A DNA stretch of 64,000 nt from the NCBI GenBank assembly GCA_020428795.1, contig JAGQME010000003.1, positions 30,438 to 94,437 on the forward strand, in the 5' to 3' direction. Each line of letters begins with the position of its first letter. Position 1 is the stretch's first letter. The notes under the pieces were generated by a model, which did no database searches, was not told the origin of the DNA, and was given only the letters and a program-made list of their open reading frames with translations. This document shows, in pieces, positions 18,862 to 28,776 of this stretch. This DNA comes from Candidatus Kaiserbacteria bacterium. GTDB taxonomy: Bacteria; Patescibacteriota; Minisyncoccia; Phycocordibacterales; UBA918. Made by a program: the position numbers and the translations under genes.

Positions 18862-20273
18862 GTGTCTGTCCTTATTTTCATGTTCATCAACCGTACCGAG
18901 TCAAACAGTATCGGGTTTTTGACATTGGAAATGACACAGAATATTTTAACGATTCCGGATTGTCTGATCTAAATAATCGAAAAATTATAGAAAAAGTGGC
19001 AGACAAATCTTATCGACCAATGAACCATTTGCTTCACCAGATGCTCGAAGATCATCCTGAATTTCGTTTCGCCCTATCTTTTTCTGGTACGGTGTTGGAT
19101 CAATTTGAACAGTACGCTCCGGATGTTTTGGCGAGTTTTCAAAGTCTGGTCGCCACTGGTCGAGTTGAGGTGTTGGCCGATACTTATCATCACTCATTAT
19201 CATTTTTTTATTCTATACCAGAGTTTGAAAGACAGGTAGCTAAACACGCCAAGCGAGTCTACGACCTTTTTGGTTATACTCCGGCGGTATTTCGAAACAC
19301 AGAATTATCCTACCGTAATGATTTAGCAAAATGGTGTGAAGATCACGGCTACATCGGTATTATGGCTGAGGGTTGGGATCCTATCTTGGGTTGGCGTAGC
19401 CCTAATCATCTTTATCGTCCGGTTGGCTGTGCTCGTATTAAGGCCTTGCTCAAAAATTACAAACTCTCTGATGATATCGCTTTCCGCTTTGGTAATCGAG
19501 CTTGGGAAAGCCACCCCCTGTCAGCTGAAACTTTCGCCGACTGGATATTCAAACACCACGGTGATGCCAGTACCATCAATCTTTTTATGGATTACGAGAC
19601 CTTTGGTGAACACCAATGGGAAGATACTGGGATTTTTGATTTCATGGCGGCTTTGCCAGATAAGTTGTTAGCGCACCCTGATACCACCTTTAAAACTCCC
19701 ACTGAAACAGTCAAGGCCTACGAGGTGGTAGGGGAAATTGATGTACCCGATGTTCTTACTTGGGCGGATACTGATAGAGACCTGACAGCTTGGACTGGAA
19801 ATGATATTCAAAAAGACGCTTTGAGTCGGACCTACGCTATGGAGTCAGACGTTATAAATACTGGTGATGATTCTCTGACAGAAACTTGGCGTAAACTAAC
19901 CACTTCTGATCACTTTTATTACATGTGCACCAAATGGTCTGCTGATGGTGATGTACACGCCTACTTTAGTCCCTATCAATCCCCATATGACGCATATGTC
20001 GCTTTCATGAATGCGCTAAGTGATTTACAATTACGAGTATCACATGCGCTTCAACAAAAAAGCGTTCAGGAGGAGTTGCTTAAAGCGGAGACTGAGGCGA
20101 TAGAGAAACCGGTCCCAAAAGCAAACGAACCCGCCTATGGTTTTTGGAAACGGATAGTATATTTTGTTTCCACCAAGGTAAAATATATTATCGGTTCTTT
20201 AAAAGTTCATTTTTATAAAAAATATGCCAATCAAAAAACCAGCCACCAAAAAAGTAGCCAAAAAGACAGCTAA
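18855..20273 (+). CDS. Glycoside hydrolase family 57 protein (alpha-amylase / 4-alpha-glucanotransferase / branching-enzyme family)
   Basis: N-terminal HQPYR motif, conserved GH57 blocks (EGW..., ETFGEHQWED) and a C-terminal helical domain. Confidence 0.8.
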   Translation: MLSVCPYFHVHQPYRVKQYRVFDIGNDTEYFNDSGLSDLNNRKIIEKVADKSYRPMNHLLHQMLEDHPEFRFALSFSGTVLDQFEQYAPDVLASFQSLVATGRVEVLADTYHHSLSFFYSIPEFERQVAKHAKRVYDLFGYTPAVFRNTELSYRNDLAKWCEDHGYIGIMAEGWDPILGWRSPNHLYRPVGCARIKALLKNYKLSDDIAFRFGNRAWESHPLSAETFADWIFKHHGDASTINLFMDYETFGEHQWEDTGIFDFMAALPDKLLAHPDTTFKTPTETVKAYEVVGEIDVPDVLTWADTDRDLTAWTGNDIQKDALSRTYAMESDVINTGDDSLTETWRKLTTSDHFYYMCTKWSADGDVHAYFSPYQSPYDAYVAFMNALSDLQLRVSHALQQKSVQEELLKAETEAIEKPVPKANEPAYGFWKRIVYFVSTKVKYIIGSLKVHFYKKYANQKTSHQKSSQKDS

Positions 20274-20640
20274 AAAAGTTGTTGCTAAAAAAACTATCGG
20301 TAAGAAAGTGGCCAAGAAGGTTACTAAAAAAGTCGCTAAAAAATCGGTCGCTAAGAAGACTAAGTCAAAAACCAGAGTCTTGGTCTGTGCCAGTCCGGAC
20401 AATTGTTTTTGGACAACTGACGGTCAGATTTTGCAGGATTTAAATGAGTTACAAATCGCTCTCTCGGCTATGGAAGAGGCGGTGTTTAATTATCATGTTC
20501 AAGCTGACAAAAACGATTTTGCCAATTGGGTGGAGGCTGTCTTGGATGATGCTGATTGTGCTTTTGAATTAAGAAGTGCTACCGCTCCCAATGAAGCCAG
20601 ATCAATCGTGGTGCGACATTTGCGGACATATAATTTTTAA
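20224..20640 (+). CDS. Histone-H1-like lysine/alanine-rich protein with a C-terminal globular domain of unknown function
   Basis: N-terminal ~55 aa of KKVAKK repeats, followed by a ~80-aa non-repetitive domain. It overlaps the 3' end of the GH57 gene by ~50 nt in another frame. Confidence 0.5.
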   Translation: MPIKKPATKKVAKKTAKKVVAKKTIGKKVAKKVTKKVAKKSVAKKTKSKTRVLVCASPDNCFWTTDGQILQDLNELQIALSAMEEAVFNYHVQADKNDFANWVEAVLDDADCAFELRSATAPNEARSIVVRHLRTYNF

Positions 20641-20645
20641 TTTTC

Positions 20646-22616
20646 ATGGCTAGAGCGGCAACTTTGGGAAATGGCAATATATTAGTCGGCCTTGATTATC
20701 GAGGTCAGGTTAGGGATTTTTATTACCCGTTTGTTGGTCATGCCAATCATGTTAGTGGTGCTAGTGGGAACTATGTACATCGCTTAGGTGTCTTTGTTGA
20801 CGATAAAATATCGTGGTTAGATGAAGAGTCTTGGGATGTTACCGTCGGAGCTGATCCTGAAACCGTGACCGGTAGTGTAGTGGCGATAAATACCAAGCTC
20901 GGTATTACTTTAAAAAGTATTGATGTTGTCCATAACGAAGAGAATATTTTTTTGCGTTCCTTCACTCTCACTAACGATAAAAAAACTAAGCGTGAGATAA
21001 CCCTCTTCATCTCACAGCAGTTTAGAATTTCTGAATCGAGGCGTGGTGACACCGGTTTCTACGATCCAAGGGTGGGGGCGATTATTCATTACAAGGGTAC
21101 GGATACTTTTTTGGTAAACGCTTTTAATGGTGACAAACAATTCACTGAGTATAATATTGGTCTGTTTGGTATTGAGGGTCGGGAAGGTACTTATCATGAT
21201 GCTGTCGATGGAGTCTTGGAAAAAAATCCAGTGGAACACGGTTCGGTTGATTCGGTCATTGGGATGAGTGTTAATTTGGCTTCTGGTGGCACCAGTGATT
21301 TTTCCTACTGGATCGTCTGTGGAGCTAACATTAGTGAAACTCACAAACTTAATCAACTGGTGTTGGAGGAGACTCCTGAAGCCTTGGTTAGAACTACAGA
21401 AAAATACTGGAAGGCTTGGATAAGTAAAGATGCCCGGGATCTCTCTTTATTATCTAAACCTTTACAAACCCTTTATACTAGATCATTGACTACCATCAGA
21501 GTTCATACCGATAATCGTGGTGGAATAATTGCTTCTAGTGATACCGATATGCTCCACCATGGGCGAGATACTTATAGTTATGTCTGGCCAAGGGACGCCG
21601 CTATTATTGCGCACAGCCTTGATTTGAATGGTTACTCAGATGCAACCAAACAATTTTTCAGTTTTATGGCCAAACGCCTAGAACCAGATGGATACTTGAT
21701 GCACAAATATCGTAGTGATGGAACTTTGGGCAGCTCATGGCACCCGTGGATGATAGATGGTCGGCCAGAGTTACCGATTCAAGAAGATGAATCAGCTCTG
21801 GTGTTGTATATGCTATGGCAACACTACGCTTTGGTAAAAGATTTAGAATTTATTGAGTCACTTTATAACGATTTTATTGAACCGGTGGCCAACTTCATGT
21901 CTGAGTTTATGGTTGGTGAAACTGGTCTGCCTGAAGCCACTTATGATTTGTGGGAGGAAAAGTTTGGTACTCACACTTACACCGCTTCGGCAGTCTATGG
22001 CGCTTTGCTGGCCGCCTCATCCTTTGCCAACTTACTGGGCAAAGAAGAACCAGCTCGTACCTACAGCGCCGTGGCACAAAGAATACAAAGCTCAATTATG
22101 TCACAATTATATGATGAGGAGACTGGCATGTTCATTAAGTGCCTAAGAGCTTATGATGATCGTGATGTCGAATATGACAAGACAGTAGACATCAGTAGTT
22201 TTTTTGGACCGATTTATTTTGGAGTTATTGATATAGATGACGAAAGAGTTGAAAGAGCGATTAAGGTGATTGAAGCTAGATTGAGGGTTCAGGCTTCGAG
22301 TGCTGGTTATATGAGGTATGAAAATGATAATTACTACACTTTACAAGATGCTGGTTCACCAAATCCGTGGGTAATTACGACTCTATGGGTCGCTCAGTAC
22401 CACATCATGAAGGCAAAAAATATTGATGAATTAAAACCGGCCTATGATCTATTGGAATGGACCTGTAGCCACGCTACCGCCGGTGGAGTATTGTCCGAAC
22501 AAATGCATCCACACACCAGAGAACATCTATCCACTTCACCTTTGATTTGGAGTCACGCCGAGTTTGTGATTACGGCTGATGCTTATATTAAGAAATATCA
22601 AGAGTTGATAGTGTAA
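20646..22616 (+). CDS. Glycoside hydrolase family 15 (glucoamylase/glucodextranase-like)
   Basis: N-terminal beta-sandwich region plus an (alpha/alpha)6 catalytic domain with GH15 blocks (YSYVWPRDAA, LWEE..G.HTYT). Confidence 0.8.
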   Translation: MARAATLGNGNILVGLDYRGQVRDFYYPFVGHANHVSGASGNYVHRLGVFVDDKISWLDEESWDVTVGADPETVTGSVVAINTKLGITLKSIDVVHNEENIFLRSFTLTNDKKTKREITLFISQQFRISESRRGDTGFYDPRVGAIIHYKGTDTFLVNAFNGDKQFTEYNIGLFGIEGREGTYHDAVDGVLEKNPVEHGSVDSVIGMSVNLASGGTSDFSYWIVCGANISETHKLNQLVLEETPEALVRTTEKYWKAWISKDARDLSLLSKPLQTLYTRSLTTIRVHTDNRGGIIASSDTDMLHHGRDTYSYVWPRDAAIIAHSLDLNGYSDATKQFFSFMAKRLEPDGYLMHKYRSDGTLGSSWHPWMIDGRPELPIQEDESALVLYMLWQHYALVKDLEFIESLYNDFIEPVANFMSEFMVGETGLPEATYDLWEEKFGTHTYTASAVYGALLAASSFANLLGKEEPARTYSAVAQRIQSSIMSQLYDEETGMFIKCLRAYDDRDVEYDKTVDISSFFGPIYFGVIDIDDERVERAIKVIEARLRVQASSAGYMRYENDNYYTLQDAGSPNPWVITTLWVAQYHIMKAKNIDELKPAYDLLEWTCSHATAGGVLSEQMHPHTREHLSTSPLIWSHAEFVITADAYIKKYQELIV

Positions 22617-23432
22617 TTACTTATATTGTTTTTTCCAGTAACCAAAGCCGAAAGGAAGTTTTTGGTATTGGCCAATTTTTTCTCGGTGAATGCTAAAAGC
22701 CAGACCGGTGGTGTCTAATTCTTTGGCGATTACTTCAGCCAAAGTTCGCATGTAGGTACCGGAGGAAGCGATACAGGTGAAGGTGGCTATTTGGTATTTG
22801 GATTGACTGGGTTTTTCTTTAAAGGATTGCCATGACTGACGAACATCGACTCTTCTAAAATCAGCCCCTAGCGCTTTTCTTTCATCGGTGACTTTAGGAA
22901 TTGTCTCTATCTTAGTGGTGGCGGTTTCTATGATTTCGTCTTTGCTTTTGGTTGTTAGATTGTTAAGTTTTAATTTGTAAATGGTTGATTTTCGGGTGGG
23001 AATGATAATCTCACTTAAACGACCCTCAAGGGTCCAGGTGTGAAGAGGTTTGCCAGCGACTGTCTTCGAGGAATAGTGGGGATAGGGAAGAGTGATGTTG
23101 CCGGTTAGTTTTTTTAATACTTCAGATATTTCTTTAGCCTGATAGAGAGGGGTTTCGTTGTTGTTTATTATTCCTAATACATCGGCAGTGTCAGAACTTA
23201 CTCCTAATAAAACTTCAAAACGATACTCCTTGTCTAGTTTGTGGTATTTTTCTTGTTGCTTACATTCCTTACCAATCAAAATCAATAATTTTCCCGAAGC
23301 CATGGGATCGAGTCGGCCAGCGTAAGCCATAGGTACTGACTGGTATTTTGGGTGAGAATTTTTATAGCCCACAACAACATCAAGTGGTGTTTGGCCAACT
23401 TCTTTATTAAGAATAATAAAACTCCGCATTAC
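22617..23432 (-). CDS. truB: tRNA pseudouridine(55) synthase TruB
   Basis: Catalytic Asp motif YAGRLDPMASGKL. Start taken at MRSFIILNKE; the longer ORF extends to 23483. Confidence 0.75.
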   Translation of the reverse strand, partial: VMRSFIILNKEVGQTPLDVVVGYKNSHPKYQSVPMAYAGRLDPMASGKLLILIGKECKQQEKYHKLDKEYRFEVLLGVSSDTADVLGIINNNETPLYQAKEISEVLKKLTGNITLPYPHYSSKTVAGKPLHTWTLEGRLSEIIIPTRKSTIYKLKLNNLTTKSKDEIIETATTKIETIPKVTDERKALGADFRRVDVRQSWQSFKEKPSQSKYQIATFTCIASSGTYMRTLAEVIAKELDTTGLAFSIHREKIGQYQKLPFGFGYWKKQYK

Positions 23433-23498
23433 GTGAGTGTAACACAGAGTGTGGTGGTCGGGGATGGCCCCGGTTGGGGCCATCGGTCGTTTTCAGGA

Positions 23499-23870
23499 TC
23501 ATGGATTACAATTTTCTTCCATGATTTTTTCAAATGCATAGTAACTCATCGGTGGGAGGCTCCAGGCCTCCGGCGGTAATACCAATATCAAAAGCCAAGG
23601 TGGCTCATCTCCGGTAAATATACCCTCAGAGAATTGAGTGTACACAACCAGCTCGGCTGGTCGGTTTGATATTCTCTTGTAGGAAATGTTACAGAATCGC
23701 TCTCCGTCTGCCCCGATTATCCCTTCGAATCCGGTCACCTCGATGACGGAGTAGGGGACAAAAGTTCCCATTCCATCCTCGCTGATCCAAGGGATGACTT
23801 CGTAATGGGGCGAGGAAACACTCGCCGCCAACAAAATCGCCTCGATGGTCTGCTTCATGCCACTTAGCAT
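23499..23870 (-). CDS. Hypothetical protein (locally GC-richer)
   Basis: 123-aa ORF with nothing recognised. Confidence 0.3.
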   Translation of the reverse strand: MLSGMKQTIEAILLAASVSSPHYEVIPWISEDGMGTFVPYSVIEVTGFEGIIGADGERFCNISYKRISNRPAELVVYTQFSEGIFTGDEPPWLLILVLPPEAWSLPPMSYYAFEKIMEENCNP

Positions 23871-23945
23871 AATTGTCCTGCCTTTTTTATTCTGACCTGC
23901 CTCTTTATATTATACCATAAATTGGTATAAAAGTACAGTATTAGA

Positions 23946-24908
23946 CTAATTTACATCATCTTCATCCTCAATTTCAAATTGGATAATCTCTTCAATAATA
24001 TCTTCAAGCGTGATTACACCAAGGAAATTATCACTTTTATTCTTGACGATGGCCATGTGCTTGTGTTTTTTAAGCATGATGCCAAGTACAATGTCTAGAT
24101 GAGTATTTGGTTTAATGGTTAAGAAATTTGATTCCACTGCTTCCTTGGTGTCTTTGAGAGCTGTACCGGTTTCTTCCGATAACAGATCTTTGGTAAATAA
24201 AATGCCAACAATATTGTCTGGATTTCCGCTATATACCGGATACCTCGAAAAATTATGTTCAGATATATCGTCGGTCAAATCATCAGTCAGTCTGACATTT
24301 ATATCATAAGTAAAAACTCTCTCTTTGGGAGTCATTACTTCTCTAACGGTGGTGTGGGAAAATTGCAGAGCACCGTGAATAATCCGCTCCTCGTCTTCAT
24401 CGAGTGGACTGTTTTCTGAATCTTCTAGTTCGGAGACAATCGCCATTAACTCACGTTTGCTATATAAACTGTGTATTTCGGTACCAAGGATTTTGTTTAA
24501 GAAAAAGGTGATGGGCCAAGTAATGGGGTAGGTTAAAAACATCAAGACTTTTACAAACGGAGCCGCTCTGGAACCAACGTACATAGCGTGCCTAGCGAAG
24601 GCGGCCTGTGGAATGATTTCACCAAAGAGGAAAATCAAAACAGTGGCTATGATGACAGCCACTAATCCAGTGGCAATAGAAGATAAATAGACTGACAAGA
24701 CAGCGTTTACGGCTACGTTGCCAAGTAATAGGGTGGTCAATAAACGATTGCTGTGTTCTCTGATTGGTAAGATTAGTTTGGCATCTTGGCTACCGAGTCC
24801 GGCTTTTCGTCTAAGGGTTTGGGTATTTAAAGAAAAGTAACCTAAAGTTAGTCCGGAGAAAGTAGCTGATAATAAAATTAATACTAAAGAGATAATATAA
24901 GCTTCCAT
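23946..24908 (-). CDS. CNNM/CorC-HlyC family transporter (DUF21 membrane domain plus CBS pair)
   Basis: Four N-terminal TM helices (DUF21-like) followed by two CBS motifs. Confidence 0.8.
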   Translation of the reverse strand: MEAYIISLVLILLSATFSGLTLGYFSLNTQTLRRKAGLGSQDAKLILPIREHSNRLLTTLLLGNVAVNAVLSVYLSSIATGLVAVIIATVLIFLFGEIIPQAAFARHAMYVGSRAAPFVKVLMFLTYPITWPITFFLNKILGTEIHSLYSKRELMAIVSELEDSENSPLDEDEERIIHGALQFSHTTVREVMTPKERVFTYDINVRLTDDLTDDISEHNFSRYPVYSGNPDNIVGILFTKDLLSEETGTALKDTKEAVESNFLTIKPNTHLDIVLGIMLKKHKHMAIVKNKSDNFLGVITLEDIIEEIIQFEIEDEDDVN

Positions 24909-25095
24909 AACGGTAAAAACAGGAACAATTAAGAGACAAAGGCATTGACTAACAAAAGCAAGATGAAGGCCCCGATGGCCAGAAATATAGTTTTCATTAT
25001 CTGTTGATTATAACATAAGAATCTTTAGTCGGTGGGGTGATGGTCAGTTTTTGCTTTGGGTTTGGAGGTAGATTTTAACTTGGTATACTTAGAAT

Positions 25096-25713
25096 ATGTT
25101 AAAAATATACCTTACTCGTCACGGTCAGAATCAGGATAATGCTGATGGTATTTTGAATGGACACCGAGATGAGTCACTGACAACGCTCGGTCTCGATCAG
25201 GCTAAGATGACGGCTGATTATATTAGAGAAGCAAAAATAGACTTTGATAAAATTTATACGTCACCCTTGCTACGAGCTAGCCAAACGGCCAAAGTAATTG
25301 CTAATGAATTAGGAGTTAATGAGCCGGAAATCATACCAGAATTGATTGAACGGGATTTTGGTTCAATGACGGGTAAATATGTTTCAGATATAAAAGCCTT
25401 GTGCCAGCCGGACATTATTGAAACAGATACGGTCACTTACTTTTTAGCCCCGGATGGGGCAGAAACCTTTTCTGATTTAGTGAGAAGAGGGGAGGTGGTT
25501 ATTGAGTTAATAAAAGAAAAACACCCGAGTGGTTCAGTATTATTGGTTACGCATGGTGATATTGGTAAGATGATGTACGCTGCCTACTATGATTTGGATT
25601 GGCGAGATGTTCTAATAAATTTTCATTTTGGTAATTGTGAATTATTGTTACTTTCAGAAGATTCACCAGCTAGTGAAGTTCACGTTTTTAAACAAAATCA
25701 ACATAATCATTAG
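25096..25713 (+). CDS. Histidine phosphatase family protein (phosphoglycerate-mutase-like)
   Basis: N-terminal LTRHGQ (RHG catalytic motif) and a downstream His in VTHGD. Confidence 0.8.
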   Translation: MLKIYLTRHGQNQDNADGILNGHRDESLTTLGLDQAKMTADYIREAKIDFDKIYTSPLLRASQTAKVIANELGVNEPEIIPELIERDFGSMTGKYVSDIKALCQPDIIETDTVTYFLAPDGAETFSDLVRRGEVVIELIKEKHPSGSVLLVTHGDIGKMMYAAYYDLDWRDVLINFHFGNCELLLLSEDSPASEVHVFKQNQHNH

Positions 25714-25902
25714 CTGTGGTTTGGTCTAGGGTTTTTACCTACCGGTGTTTTTTTGTGATAATCTAATAATACATGTACGTGATAATCACCATACTTTTTC
25801 TGGTTATTTTATCAGTAGCAGGCTTTATTTTGTTTTGGAATCAAACGGAGAAGTTTAGTTTTGGAAATATTATTAGAAAGATTTGGCGCTGGTGGCTGGA
25901 AT

Positions 25903-25938
25903 AAGTAAAAGTGACGCCTTTGGCGTCACTTTTACTTA
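25903..25938. terminator. Bidirectional terminator hairpin
   Basis: aagtaaaagtgacgcc-tttg-gcgtcacttttactt, with T-runs on both sides. Confidence 0.7.
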
Positions 25939-25941
25939 TTT

Positions 25942-27270
25942 TTAGGTGTTTTGGATAAAGGTTAGAGCGGTTCCTTTTTCTTTACCACGACCGGTTCTAC
26001 CGATTCGGTGGACATAATCTTCAAAGGTGTTTGGTAGATCGTAATTGATTACGTGTGATACATTATCAACGTGGATACCTCTAGCTGCTACATCGGTGGC
26101 TACTAGGACTCTGGCGTTACCACTTTTGAACCTCTTTAAGGCCGCTTGTCTTTGACCGTGTGATTTATTACCGTGAATAGCGTCCGATTTTATGCCGGCT
26201 GAATTTAATTCTTGACTCAATTTTTCAACACTGTGCTTCATGGCTCCAAAGATGAGCACTCTCTTAAATTCTTCACCGACTAAAAGATCAGTTAAGGTCT
26301 TGAATTTATCGTGATGATGGTATCTGACCACATCTTGAAAAATACTATTAGTAACATCTTTTTTTCTGACCGATATAGTAACTGGGTCATTTAAGAAATC
26401 ATTTACTAATTTTTCGATATCTTTCGACATGGTAGCCGAGAAAAATAGTGTTTCGTGATCAGAAGGAATATCTTCGAGGATTTTTCTCATATCATGGATA
26501 AATCCCATATCGAGCATTCTATCTGCCTCGTCCAGCACCACTGTCCTTAGGTATTGTGGTTTTAAGTGACCTCTCTCAATCAAGTCTAATACTCGGCCGG
26601 GAGTACCGATTATGAAGTGATTCTTTCGTCTTAGTCCCTGTATTTGAGGACGGATATTTGTACCACCGACACAGACGGTAGAGTAGATTTTGTTTCCAAC
26701 GGTAAACTTACGAAGTTCCTCTTGAATCTGTAGAGCCAGTTCTCTGGTCGGGGTTAAGATTAGGGTCTGGCGACTATATTCTTTTAAGGTCTTGTGGATC
26801 AGTGGTAGTAAAAAAGCAGCCGTTTTTCCGGTACCGGTCTGAGCGAGGCCAATTACATCTCTTCCTTCCAGTATCAGGGGAATGATCTGATCTTGGATTG
26901 GTGAAGGTGAGGTTAGTTTGTTATTTAAAACCGCAGTGACTAATTTTCTCTCCAAACCAAAATCTGTAAATTTGTGCTTTGGTACGTAGACCTCTTCGTT
27001 GGTTTCAATCGGATTGGTGTTGATGAATTGTGAAGGGTCGAAGGTTGGAATCTTTCTAGCTCCATTTCGGCCACTGTTGCTCCGGTTTCTATAACCAGTT
27101 TTAAAGTTAGAAAATTTACCATCGCTGTGAGGGCGGTTTTTATGGTTGCCTCTTTGGTTGTTTTTAAAACCACTATTAAATGAGCTGGACGAAAAAGTCC
27201 GTCTTTTCTTAGTTGGTGAAGCGTTACGATAATTCGCCCGCCGCACTGGTCGGTTGGTGTTTTGTTCCAT
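25942..27270 (-). CDS. DEAD-box ATP-dependent RNA helicase with a basic low-complexity N-terminal tail
   Basis: Q-motif region, AQTGTGKTAAF, PTRELA, DEAD (VLDEADRMLD), SAT, HRIGRTGR. Confidence 0.9.
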   Translation of the reverse strand: MEQNTNRPVRRANYRNASPTKKRRTFSSSSFNSGFKNNQRGNHKNRPHSDGKFSNFKTGYRNRSNSGRNGARKIPTFDPSQFINTNPIETNEEVYVPKHKFTDFGLERKLVTAVLNNKLTSPSPIQDQIIPLILEGRDVIGLAQTGTGKTAAFLLPLIHKTLKEYSRQTLILTPTRELALQIQEELRKFTVGNKIYSTVCVGGTNIRPQIQGLRRKNHFIIGTPGRVLDLIERGHLKPQYLRTVVLDEADRMLDMGFIHDMRKILEDIPSDHETLFFSATMSKDIEKLVNDFLNDPVTISVRKKDVTNSIFQDVVRYHHHDKFKTLTDLLVGEEFKRVLIFGAMKHSVEKLSQELNSAGIKSDAIHGNKSHGQRQAALKRFKSGNARVLVATDVAARGIHVDNVSHVINYDLPNTFEDYVHRIGRTGRGKEKGTALTFIQNT

Positions 27271-27474
27271 TTATGTATTCTATTTATTAGGGTAGTGATA
27301 CAGGATTGTATACTACGGGCTGTGTAGGTAATAATTTATGACACTAGAGAGTGTTTCTACCTAAGAGCCCCACACAAGTTTCTCAAGCGCCATAAAGTTA
27401 ACACGTAAATAAGGGTTAGTCAACATGATTTGACTGACCTTGGTCTGAATATTAGTATTGAATCAATTGACTTC

Positions 27475-27687
27475 ATGAAAACGGAAACTATTAACAACAT
27501 TGTTGCCATTAAGCGAAAAGAAAGAGGGGTTACACAAGAGGAGTTGGCTTTTATGGTCGGTGTAACCAGACAGACAATCATTTCGATTGAGAAGGGTAAT
27601 TACATACCCTCAGTTTTGTTGGCTATGAAGCTGGCAGTTTTCTTCGGAGTTGCTGTCGAAGAAATTTTTAATATTAAACTGAAATAA
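27475..27687 (+). CDS. XRE-family helix-turn-helix transcriptional regulator (short form)
   Basis: Classic [30 protein letters not shown]. Start taken at the internal MKTETI. Confidence 0.7.
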   Translation: MKTETINNIVAIKRKERGVTQEELAFMVGVTRQTIISIEKGNYIPSVLLAMKLAVFFGVAVEEIFNIKLK

Positions 27688-27694
27688 GTATTTT

Positions 27695-28051
27695 ATGAAA
27701 CTTACCTTTCTAATTCCGTTGATAGTAGTAATTTTGGCTACCGTGCTACTTGATCCCTTTATGATACTGATGTCGGCCAACATGGTCTACACTTTGTTGG
27801 TGTTACTTTTTATTACTTTTGTATTCTACGCTTTATTGATAGCCAAGGAATCAAGTAGTGATGAGCGAGAGGCTAGTCATCGAGGATTTGCTGGTCGAAT
27901 TGCTTATTTGGTTGGTTCAGGAATGATGGTGGCTGGGATCATATACCAAGCCTATTTTATTCATACAGTTGACTCTTGGTTGATACTGGCTTTAGTGGCT
28001 ATGACCATCGCAAAATACACAGCCTTATTTATAGCTGAAAAATTCCATTAA
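27695..28051 (+). CDS. Small membrane protein co-transcribed with the XRE regulator
   Basis: About 4 TM helices, 7 bp downstream of the HTH gene. Confidence 0.5.
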   Translation: MKLTFLIPLIVVILATVLLDPFMILMSANMVYTLLVLLFITFVFYALLIAKESSSDEREASHRGFAGRIAYLVGSGMMVAGIIYQAYFIHTVDSWLILALVAMTIAKYTALFIAEKFH

Positions 28052-28089
28052 GATTTTTTATTTATCCTGAATCTTTGGATAGGCTTAAG

Positions 28090-28704
28090 CTATATTTCAC
28101 AGGTTAGACCACAGCTCTCCGGTGGCGGCAGTCCTTTTTCCGGACAAGTGCCAGAGAATATACAAGCGTTTTCGGTGACTGATTTGAGGTAGGTATTAAG
28201 GTTCGGTGAGTCAGGTGCTCCGTAATAAAGCAAAATCTGGTCCTCTTCTTGGTTTATGTAGTTATTCAAAGGACTGATTTTTTCTCCGTTTACGTATAGG
28301 GCAAGGACATGGTCTTCGTCGGTACAAAATTCTTCGCCGGTATCATTGGTTAAACAGTCTTCAGTTAGGGTGTAGCCCAAAGAAGCTAGGAATTGAACCA
28401 AGGTAATACCGTCGGCGTGTCTATGGATAACCTCATCATCATTATCATGAAGGTGCATGTCTTCTAGTAGTACGTGGTTGGTGGTGGATTGATACTTATC
28501 ATCGGTAAAATGGATTTGTTTGTCATTTATATACAAAGCAAAATCACTGTGGACATGCACTTCTTCATGGTCTGGTTCATTATTCAGGGTGGAGAAATGG
28601 TTATTGAGCCAGTAGCTGATATTTCCGTTTAAGGTATTGCCGATTAATAAGGATAAGCCGAGTCCTAGGACAAAGGCGATATTTGGTTTGGATGGTTTTG
28701 TCAT
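28090..28704 (-). CDS. His/Asp-rich, Cys-containing exported protein (N-terminal signal/anchor), possibly a metal-binding partner of the adjacent ATPase
   Basis: N-terminal hydrophobic segment. His clusters HEEVHVHSD, HLHDNDDEVIHRHADG, and a C-terminal C-x-C region. Divergently transcribed from the P-type ATPase. Confidence 0.4.
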   Translation of the reverse strand: MTKPSKPNIAFVLGLGLSLLIGNTLNGNISYWLNNHFSTLNNEPDHEEVHVHSDFALYINDKQIHFTDDKYQSTTNHVLLEDMHLHDNDDEVIHRHADGITLVQFLASLGYTLTEDCLTNDTGEEFCTDEDHVLALYVNGEKISPLNNYINQEEDQILLYYGAPDSPNLNTYLKSVTENACIFSGTCPEKGLPPPESCGLTCEI

Positions 28705-28776
28705 TGGTCAGAGTATATCACTAATTATTAAATTTTGGTGTTCTAAATGTCGTCAGGCTGATGTTATTATATTGGT

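Noticed and set aside
20199-20402. 67-aa minus-strand ORF antisense to the H1-like gene
   Set aside because: This is the same repeat-shadow artefact as at rpoD.
23463-23484. 9-bp-stem hairpin gatggcccc-ggtt-ggggccatc
   Set aside because: It lies at or inside the 5' end of truB on the minus strand. No gene ends here in the orientation that would use its T-tract. It is probably a 5'-UTR/early-coding structure rather than a terminator.
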